From NCBI GenBank assembly GCA_036986055.1, contig BTQV01000001.1, positions 1 to 32,311 on the forward strand: a stretch of 32,311 nt of DNA, read 5' to 3'. The position numbers and the translations under genes were made by a program. Source of the DNA: Thermodesulfobacteriota bacterium (GTDB taxonomy: Bacteria > Desulfobacterota > GWC2-55-46 > JADFVP01). The notes under the pieces were generated by a model. That model did not search any database, had not been told where the DNA came from, and worked only from the letters and a program-made list of their open reading frames with translations. Shown here piece by piece: positions 8,534 to 15,789 of the stretch (position 1 is its first letter; every line of letters begins with the position of its first letter).

Positions 8534-8927
8534 GCAAAGAAAAACATTTATGATTTACTCAAAGAAAACGAGCCATGGGGCGCGCTTTTTCCGGCGGCTG
8601 AAATTTAACACCGGCCGCCTTTGACGGGCCGGCCCCGCGGTACTGTCAATTTACCGTAACCCCGCTTCCCTCAAAAGTTTTTTTTGCATTTCCCGCAGGC
8701 CCTTATTTTTTCCCATCTTCATACCAACCCATGGGCACGCCGTAAAATCCGCCCGCCATATCCGCCTGAATAATTTTACTCTCTCAATGGCAAACAAAGA
8801 CCACAGGGGATAGGTCCGGGGGGGGAACGGCTCACTAAAGGAAAGGGCCTCTCCGGGAAAAAACTACTTGGGGCGCATCCGGAGGCTCAAAGGCCTCGTC
8901 TTCAACTAACGCCGGCGCATGAGGCCT

Positions 8928-11669
8928 TCACACTTCAGGGTTGCCGTGCTGAGCGCCGGTTGCCCTGTTTTTACGTCCCCTCCTCCAATTCAACCATTTT
9001 ACGAGTTCGGCGAGTATAAATACGGGTGCGGCCACCATGAACATCAACAGCCAGTCACCCCCTCCAAGCGGAACGGTGTGGAGGGCATTCTGCATGAAGG
9101 GCGTATAAACGGCAAAGACTTGGAGGGCAACCGTAAAAGTCCAGGCCCCGAGGACCCAGGGGTTGGTCAAAAACCCGATGACGTAGATGGGGTCGAAGAG
9201 CGCCCGGTAGTTGAAGACGTTCATCTTCTCAAGGAGTATTATCCCTGTGAAGGATACGGTCCGGGCCACGGCAAGGGCGTTTTCATGGCCGACGGACATG
9301 TAATGGTGGAAGAGCCAGAGCGTGCCGAAGCCGATATACCCCCCGAGAAGGACTATCATGACTATGCCCCTCCTGTCGAGGACGGGCTCCCCTGCCGCCC
9401 TGGGGGGTCTGTCCATGATGCCCTTTTCAGCGGGCTCAAGGCCCAGGGCCACGGCTGTCATGCCGTCGGTAACGAGGTTCATCCAAAGTATCTGAACTGG
9501 CAGGAGTATAAGGGGGCCGCCGAGGATTATATTGACGAATATTGCGACAACCTCTCCGGTGTTGGAAGACAGGAGGTAGCGGACGAATTTTTGTATATTG
9601 TTGTACTGGCGCCTCCCCTCCTCCACAGCGCCTATTATGGAGGCGAAGTTGTCGTCTGTAAGTATCATGTCCGCGGCGCCCTTGGCCACGTCGGTGCCCC
9701 GAAGCCCCATGGCAATGCCTATGTCGGCCTTCTTTAAAGCCGGGGCGTCGTTTACCCCGTCGCCCGTCATCCCCACGACGTGTCCCATGGACTGCAACAG
9801 CGTAACGATACGGAGCTTGTGCTCCGGGGTGGTACGCGCGAAGATCGCTTCCCCGGCAAGGGCCTCGCCGAGGGCGTGGTCGTCCATGGAGTCGATATCC
9901 GCGCCGCCCAAAACCTTATCCGCCCTGAGCCCTATCCTCTTTCCGATGGCAAAGGCCGTCTTCGGGGCGTCACCCGTTATCATTATGGGCCTTATCCCGG
10001 CGCTGTACGCAAGCCTCACGGCCCCGGGGACCTCGGGCCTCGGCGGGTCGATAATGCCCGCTACGCCCAGCAGCGTAAGCTCTCTTTCCACGTCCTCGTC
10101 GTTAAGGGGGATGCCCTCTGGCAGGGTGCGCCGCGCCAGGGCCAGCGTCCTTAAGCCCACCCCGGCCATCTCCTCATAGGCGATGGAGGCGGCCTCTCTG
10201 TCCTTCCCGGTCATATCCCTTTCCAGATGGCCGTCAAGTATCCTCGTACAGCGCTCAATGATGACCTCGGGCGCGCCCTTTACAAAGGCGATACGCCCTT
10301 CAGGGCGGTGCTCTATTACCGTCATCCTCTTTCGCCGGGAGTTGAACGAGAACTCGCTTACAGTATGGACCGGCTCTTCGGGCTGGAGCCATGCCTTGTA
10401 TGCGGCCACCACGAGGGCCGCCTCCGTGGGCTCGCCGAGGGCGTGCCAGCCCTCTTCGTCCTTGTTAAGCCGCGCGTGTGTACAGCGAAGCCCCGCGTCA
10501 AGGAGCTCTACAAGGTCCCCGCGGTCCCTGTAGTCTATCTTTTCACCGCCAGAGGTGAAATGGCCCGCCGGGTCGTAACCAACGCCCGTTATCTCCACCT
10601 CGCCGGAGCGCAGCCACACCCTTTGAACGGTCATCTCGTTCTGCGTAAGGGTGCCCGTCTTGTCGGTGCAGATTACAGTGGCGGCGCCGAGCGTCTCAGC
10701 AGCCTGAAGTCTGCGCAAAAGCGCGCGCCTTCTCACCATCGACCTCACGCCCAGGGCGAGGGTAATGGTGACGACGGCCGGGAGACCTTCAGGGACAACG
10801 GCGACGGCCAGCGAAACACCCGTCAAAAACATCTCAAGAAGAGGCTTGCCGAAGAGATACCCCGTTGCGGCCACGATCACGGATACGGCCACTGAGAAGA
10901 CGCCGAGCTGCTTTCCGAGGACGGCGAGCTTTTTTTGAAGCGGCGTCGTCTCGGCGCCGACTGTCTGGGTGAGTTGCGCTATCCTGCCGAACTCCGTATT
11001 CATGCCCGTGGCAACGACTACGCCCGTGCCCCTTCCGTTGGTAATCGTCGTGCCCATCCACACCATGGGACGGCGCTCGGCTATACCTGTCTTTTTATTA
11101 ACCGGCTCAACGGACTTGTTCGAAGACTCCGACTCTCCGGTAAGGGCCGACTCATCCGCCTTGAGGTTGACGGCCTTGACAAGCCGAATGTCCGCGGGCA
11201 CCCGGAACCCTATCTCAAGGACGGCCAGGTCTCCGGGGACCACCTCGAGCGCGTCTATCTCCATCTCCCTCCCGTCACGGATTACGCGGCATCTCGGAGA
11301 GAGCATCTTCTTCAAGGCCTCTATGGCGCGCTCGGCCTTCCACTCCTGAACAAAACCGAGTATGCCGTTAAGCAATATTATAAGGAGTATGGTTACGGAG
11401 TCGGCCGTCTCGCCGATAACAAAGGCGACGGCCGCGGCGGCAAAGAGTATTAAGATGAGGACGTCGGTGAACTGCCGGAAAAAGACGGCGTACCAGGGGG
11501 TCTTCTTTTTCTCCTCGAGGTGGTTGGGGCCGTACTCTTCAAGACGCCTCTGTGCCTCGGCTGTACTCAACCCCTTGATGGGGTCGCTCTTCAGCCGTCC
11601 CGTTACGACATCCGGCTCAAGGGCGTGCCAGTCCCCGGGACCATATTGCAAGGTTTCTTTCTCCGCCAT
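8928..11669 (-). CDS. P2A-type (SERCA/LMCA1-like) cation-transporting P-type ATPase, probably Ca2+
   Basis: Motifs DKTGTLT, TGES, VVPEGLPAV (TM4), SSNTGEV (TM5), WMNLVTDG (TM6), MITGD and GDGVNDAPALKKADIG. 913 aa. Confidence 0.9.
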   Translation of the reverse strand: MAEKETLQYGPGDWHALEPDVVTGRLKSDPIKGLSTAEAQRRLEEYGPNHLEEKKKTPWYAVFFRQFTDVLILILFAAAAVAFVIGETADSVTILLIILLNGILGFVQEWKAERAIEALKKMLSPRCRVIRDGREMEIDALEVVPGDLAVLEIGFRVPADIRLVKAVNLKADESALTGESESSNKSVEPVNKKTGIAERRPMVWMGTTITNGRGTGVVVATGMNTEFGRIAQLTQTVGAETTPLQKKLAVLGKQLGVFSVAVSVIVAATGYLFGKPLLEMFLTGVSLAVAVVPEGLPAVVTITLALGVRSMVRRRALLRRLQAAETLGAATVICTDKTGTLTQNEMTVQRVWLRSGEVEITGVGYDPAGHFTSGGEKIDYRDRGDLVELLDAGLRCTHARLNKDEEGWHALGEPTEAALVVAAYKAWLQPEEPVHTVSEFSFNSRRKRMTVIEHRPEGRIAFVKGAPEVIIERCTRILDGHLERDMTGKDREAASIAYEEMAGVGLRTLALARRTLPEGIPLNDEDVERELTLLGVAGIIDPPRPEVPGAVRLAYSAGIRPIMITGDAPKTAFAIGKRIGLRADKVLGGADIDSMDDHALGEALAGEAIFARTTPEHKLRIVTLLQSMGHVVGMTGDGVNDAPALKKADIGIAMGLRGTDVAKGAADMILTDDNFASIIGAVEEGRRQYNNIQKFVRYLLSSNTGEVVAIFVNIILGGPLILLPVQILWMNLVTDGMTAVALGLEPAEKGIMDRPPRAAGEPVLDRRGIVMIVLLGGYIGFGTLWLFHHYMSVGHENALAVARTVSFTGIILLEKMNVFNYRALFDPIYVIGFLTNPWVLGAWTFTVALQVFAVYTPFMQNALHTVPLGGGDWLLMFMVAAPVFILAELVKWLNWRRGRKNRATGAQHGNPEV

Positions 11670-11674
11670 AAGGT

Positions 11675-12076
11675 CTATTCCCTCTCACCGTCGATGGGGA
11701 CTACAAGCACTGGTCCCGGCGCCAGAGATATCACCGTCTTTGTGGTGCTGCCCACGTAAACCCTTTCGCGCCGCGCCCTGTGCCTGTGGCCGAGGATTAC
11801 CATCTCGACGCCATTTTCCTTGATATATTCCACAATCCGCTCCTCAACCCGGCCGCGGCGGACCGCCACTACTCCGGCAGTACCAACGGCCGCCGCGACT
11901 GCTTCGAGCCTATTAACGGCGCTCTCCTCTGTCTCCACGCTCGATTCCGGAAGCACATAGAGGAGATGGAGCGGCCGGCCGAGCCGCTCCGCGTACCCGG
12001 CGCCCCTGAGGGCGAGGCCCTCTGAGCCGGGCTCGAGGTCCAGGCACAGGAGAACCGGTCTTTCCCCGTCCGTCAT
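11675..12076 (-). CDS. Universal stress protein (UspA) family protein
   Basis: 133 aa with the Usp fold signature C-terminus VILGHRH...VGSTTKTVISLAPGPVLVVP. Its stop is 5 nt upstream of the ATPase start. Confidence 0.75.
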   Translation of the reverse strand: MTDGERPVLLCLDLEPGSEGLALRGAGYAERLGRPLHLLYVLPESSVETEESAVNRLEAVAAAVGTAGVVAVRRGRVEERIVEYIKENGVEMVILGHRHRARRERVYVGSTTKTVISLAPGPVLVVPIDGERE

Positions 12077-12103
12077 CTTTTTTTCTCCTTCCCCGTAATA
12101 AGG

Positions 12104-13330
12104 TTAAACTTGTCTTCTCAACTCCTCCCCCCAGCGGCGCCCGATGACCGTAAACAGAAGAGGGACGGCGACGGTTGAGAATGAAGCCGCAGCCACAATG
12201 GCCGTAAAAAGGTGCACATCGATTATTTTAGCGTCAAGGAGGAGTTGGGCGACTATAATCCCCGTCGTCAGCCTTGCGTTTAACCCCACGCCGATGGTCC
12301 ACGCCTCGCGTACGGTAATCCTTTTCATGGGCACCATAATAAAGACCCCTATAAGTTTACCAAAAAAAGCGGCGAGAAATAAGAGTATAACCAGGACCGG
12401 GGCCTTGAACATGCCTTCGAGGTCAACGCTCAGCCCCACCCAGAAAAAAAAGACGGGGCCGAAGAAACCGTAACTCATGGACTGGACCGTCTGGGTGGCC
12501 TGCTCGCCCACAAGCGCCATGGAGTTGAATACGGGCCGCATGACGACACCGGCTATAATCGCCCCCACCACCGAGCCCAGCCCCGCGTATTCCGAAAAGC
12601 CCCCGAAACCAAGGAGTATGAGCATTGCGAGCATGATGAGGTTGTGTGGCCTTCGCGGCAGGAGTCTGCCGAGGACCGGGGCAAGCCACCGGTAAAAAAG
12701 CCACGCCATTACAAGAAATATTATTATGGATGCGAGGATGCCCAGGACCTCGCTCTCGACAAAAGAACCGGCCACGGCCGAAGTCGCCCTCTCGCCTATC
12801 CAGACGGAGACAAAGGCTATGAGGAATACCTCGATTACATCGTCAAGCACACCCGCCCCCACGATGAACCCTCCCACGCGGGTCCGTATCAACTGGAACT
12901 CGTCGAGTATGGGGACTATGACCGCCTCGGCTGTGGGCATCCTCGTGACCCCTATGACAAAGGCTATGAGCCACCCGTAGCCGAGGCCGAGCATTACGGC
13001 CGTGCCGAGGAGGAAGGGGACCACGGTATTGAGGGCCGTGCACCAGATGATGTCAACGGAGAGGCCCCTCATCTCCTTTAAATCTATCTGGAGGCCGATA
13101 TAAAAGAGAAGAAAAAGTACGCCCAGCTGGGCGAGAAAGGAGAAGGACCCTGCGAGAGGGCCGCCAAGGAGAAGTCCGTTAAGGGGTGTATAGTGCGCGG
13201 CCATGGCCACAAAGAGGGCGGCGAGGATGGCGGGTATCCTTACCCGGGCAAGAAGGGCGGAAAGGAGATAGGCCGCGCCAAAGAGGATGGCCAGGCATAA
13301 AAGCAGTGCACCTATCTGGGTCTCTGTCAT
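12104..13330 (-). CDS. CPA2-family monovalent cation:proton antiporter (Kef/NapA-like, no KTN domain)
   Basis: 408-aa protein with about 12 TM helices. Typical Na_H_exchanger N-terminus MTETQIGALLLCLAILFGAAYLLSALLARVRIPAIL. Confidence 0.8.
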   Translation of the reverse strand: MTETQIGALLLCLAILFGAAYLLSALLARVRIPAILAALFVAMAAHYTPLNGLLLGGPLAGSFSFLAQLGVLFLLFYIGLQIDLKEMRGLSVDIIWCTALNTVVPFLLGTAVMLGLGYGWLIAFVIGVTRMPTAEAVIVPILDEFQLIRTRVGGFIVGAGVLDDVIEVFLIAFVSVWIGERATSAVAGSFVESEVLGILASIIIFLVMAWLFYRWLAPVLGRLLPRRPHNLIMLAMLILLGFGGFSEYAGLGSVVGAIIAGVVMRPVFNSMALVGEQATQTVQSMSYGFFGPVFFFWVGLSVDLEGMFKAPVLVILLFLAAFFGKLIGVFIMVPMKRITVREAWTIGVGLNARLTTGIIVAQLLLDAKIIDVHLFTAIVAAASFSTVAVPLLFTVIGRRWGEELRRQV

Positions 13331-13398
13331 AAAGGACCTCGTAACAGGTCTTTTAAAGAGCGCTTCTTCCGTACCCGGGCCTTAACGTTACAAAATCA

Positions 13399-15144
13399 TC
13401 ATTTTCTGATCGACATCTCGCGCCTGTAGGCGCTAAGTATATCGTGCTTGAGTATTATTCCGGCGAGTTTCTTCTTATTGTCCACCACCTTTATGACAGG
13501 CAGCACGTCGCTGCCCGACTCGACGAATTTTCTCAGGGCCTCCTGGAGGCTCTCCGACTCATCAAGGCAGGGGACGTCCCTGACGAGGTCTTCGGCCACC
13601 ACTACATACATGAGCGCGTCCTTGTTCTTTAATATCGTTATAATCTCGCTTAAGGGGATTATCCCCCGGAAGACCCCGTTGTCGTCTACGACGGTTATGG
13701 TGCCCCTGTTCTCTTTTTCAACGGCGGTTACTATCTCGTCGATAGTCGCCGAGGGCTTGACCGACGAGGTCTCCTTGCCGAGTATCTCCTTGACCGTTAT
13801 ACTCTCCAGGATGTCGCGTATCGTCTCCTTCCTGGTGTTTATGCCGCGCCTTATGAGTTTGAGCGTATAGATGGACTCAGGGAAGACCCTGTCGGAGATA
13901 GCGGTGGTGATTACGACGGCGAGCATAAGGGGCAGTATTATGAGGTAATCCCCGGTAAGTTCGAATATTATGAGAAAGGCCGTCATGGGGGCGCGCGCGC
14001 CCCCGGCGAAAAACGCGCCCATGCCCACGAGGGCGTAGGCGCCCGGCTCTATCCCCATGGAAGGGAAGGCCCAGGACAGCGTTGTGCCGAAGGCCCCGCC
14101 TATGAGCGCGCCGACTACGAGCGAGGGCGCGAAGACTCCCCCGGAGCCTCCGCTGCCAAGCGTCAGGCATACAGCCAGGAGTTTAAGGGGCACGAGGAGC
14201 AGAAGCAACTTAAAGGACATGGTGACGTTAAGCGCACCCACTATATTGTCATAACCAACGCCGAAGACCTGGGGAAAGAAAAAGCCGATGAAACCGAGCA
14301 CAAGGGCCCCTATGACCGGCTTGTAGAGTTCATGGACCTTCATCTTCTCAAAAAAGTCCTCCATGCCGTAGAGCCCCTTGATAAAGAGGATACAGAATGG
14401 AACGAGCACAATCCCGAGACCGATGTAAAAGATCAATTCCACGGGGCTGTGGATAGAATAGGGCGGGACCAGAACGAAGATTTCGTCGCCCAGGAATACC
14501 CTCGCCGTAACGCTTGCCGTTACCGCGGCGATTACGACGTTGATTATCCTCCTTGTGGAAAAATCCCTTAAGACCACCTCGAGAGCAAAAAAGAGCCCCC
14601 CCAGGGGCGCATTGAAGGTAGCCGCGATGCCGCCGGCGGCGCCGCAGGCCACGAGGTTTTTAATCTTATCGTCGCTCAGCCGGAACTTCTGCCCGAGGGT
14701 TGAAGCAAGGGCGGCCCCAATCTGCACGACGGGGCCCTCTCTGCCCGCGGACCCGCCCGAGCCTATGCATAGAGACGATGCGGCGAATTTTATTACAGCG
14801 ACAATCGGCCTTATCCTGCCTGCATTCGTCTCCATGGCGTCCAGGACCTCGGGAACACCGTGCCCCTTTGCCTCGCGCGCGAAGTAATATATAAGAGGGC
14901 TGAAGAGGACCGCGCCTATGGCGGGGATGAAGATTACCGAATATTGGCCCATAAAGGAGAAGATGTGCGGAAGGGTCCCAAAGAAGAATACCGTGAATAA
15001 TTTTATAAGCCACCGGAAGAGGACGGCGCTGGCGCCGACGCCGATACCCACGAGGACGGAAAAAAGCATCATCGTCGTCGCCGGCGCGAATATTGCGGAC
15101 CAGGGCTTTTTAAAGAGCCTGTGTTTTATGATTCTATTAAGCAA
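13399..15144 (-). CDS. ClC-family chloride channel/antiporter with a C-terminal CBS pair (paralog 1)
   Basis: Motifs GHGVPEV, GSAGREGPVVQIG, GGVFAPSL and TGDY, with two CBS motifs at the C-terminus. TTG start with GGGAG 9 nt upstream. Confidence 0.9.
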   Translation of the reverse strand: MLNRIIKHRLFKKPWSAIFAPATTMMLFSVLVGIGVGASAVLFRWLIKLFTVFFFGTLPHIFSFMGQYSVIFIPAIGAVLFSPLIYYFAREAKGHGVPEVLDAMETNAGRIRPIVAVIKFAASSLCIGSGGSAGREGPVVQIGAALASTLGQKFRLSDDKIKNLVACGAAGGIAATFNAPLGGLFFALEVVLRDFSTRRIINVVIAAVTASVTARVFLGDEIFVLVPPYSIHSPVELIFYIGLGIVLVPFCILFIKGLYGMEDFFEKMKVHELYKPVIGALVLGFIGFFFPQVFGVGYDNIVGALNVTMSFKLLLLLVPLKLLAVCLTLGSGGSGGVFAPSLVVGALIGGAFGTTLSWAFPSMGIEPGAYALVGMGAFFAGGARAPMTAFLIIFELTGDYLIILPLMLAVVITTAISDRVFPESIYTLKLIRRGINTRKETIRDILESITVKEILGKETSSVKPSATIDEIVTAVEKENRGTITVVDDNGVFRGIIPLSEIITILKNKDALMYVVVAEDLVRDVPCLDESESLQEALRKFVESGSDVLPVIKVVDNKKKLAGIILKHDILSAYRREMSIRK

Positions 15145-15493
15145 TCAAAAAAACTCCCATGACTCGGTCTCCTGCACCCCGTACCTTGAATATCAAGGAG
15201 TCAAATACCCGGCCCCGGTAAAGCCGCCGATGATTCCGGCTTGCCCTACAACCCCGGCGGACAAAGCACCTCGGAGACGTCCATACCCTTACCTCCGGCG
15301 TATCTCTCTTTCGTTACAATACGGTTGGAATCATCTGATTTGATTTTGCCGGCCCGGAGGGTGAGGTCCGGGTTGTTTTTATAAGAGTGCTTTAGGACTG
15401 GTAAAAGTCGGCAAGAATATCTGAAGTAAACTATAGCAAAAAAAGGCGGCTGGTTCAACCTCGGGCGAGACAACGCTCTGCCCTTAAAAAACA

Positions 15494-15521
15494 TTCAAAC
15501 AGGCACGGTACGGGTTATATT
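15494..15521 (+). promoter_or_regulatory. Relic copy of the DedA promoter, now facing the 3' end of ClC-2
   Basis: TTCAAA, 16 nt, TATATT. It matches the promoter at 17977-18005 upstream of the intact DedA-PAP2 gene. Confidence 0.35.
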
Positions 15522-15533
15522 CATACTTGCGGG

Positions 15534-15716
15534 TTAACCACTCAGGGACTTGAAGCAAATGGACGTCTTTCGGAGAGTCCGGCCTTTGTGGTCCTTATCA
15601 TTCCCGGCGGGAACGGCGGGCATCCCTGGCCGGGCAAGAAGGGCGGAAAGGAGACAGGCCGCTCCAAAGAGGATGGCCGGACATAAAAGCAGTGCACCTG
15701 TCCGGGTCTCTGTCAC
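15534..15716 (-). pseudogene. 5' remnant of the CPA2 antiporter gene, leaving a chimeric 60-codon ORF
   Basis: MTETRTGALLLCPAILFGAACLLSALLAR matches the N-terminus of the intact antiporter. ATG has changed to GTG. After about codon 30 the ORF reads into the antisense of the DedA remnant. Confidence 0.8.
15559..15609 (+). pseudogene. Truncated, frameshifted 5' remnant of the DedA-PAP2 gene
   Basis: ATGGAC followed by GGAGAGTCCGGCCTTTGTGGTCCTTATCATTCCCGGCG, matching 18043-18048 and 18141-18178. About 90 nt are deleted internally, and the remnant ends at the duplication joint. Confidence 0.8.
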
Positions 15717-15789
15717 AAAGGACCTCGCAACAGGTCTTTAAAAATAGCTTATTCCGTAGCCGGGACTTTAAGGTTATCCCGTTACAAAA

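Larger units (their letters stand above)
13221..15609. repeat. Tandem duplication, copy A (antiporter 5' end + ClC-1 + leader/divergent promoter + truncated DedA 5' end)
   Basis: Collinear nucleotide similarity to 15607-18178, read directly. It is near-identical over roughly 13221-13815 and lower further on. Confidence 0.85.

Noticed and set aside
15145-15345. Fluoride or another known riboswitch in the conserved leader upstream of both ClC genes. Strings such as AAGCCGCCGATGATTCC and CAACCGCCGATGAATC are superficially crcB-motif-like.
   Set aside because: The resemblance is on the wrong (plus) strand relative to the ClC genes, and it lacks the P3 hairpin and the GGCGAUG 5' element. Both proteins are canonical CBS-containing ClCs with GxEGP and GxFxP, not CLC-F. 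A candidate long-range pairing in copy 1 (GAUGAUUCC with GGAAUCAUC) is not maintained or compensated in copy 2.
15378-15405. A minus-strand promoter for the ClC genes (TTTACC-16-TATAAA in copy A; TTTGCC-16-TATAAA at about 17855-17885 in copy B).
   Set aside because: It is conserved between the copies, but the -35 element is weak and alternative hexamers exist, such as TTGACT near 15200. I use it only as context for the leader hypotheses and do not list it as a feature.
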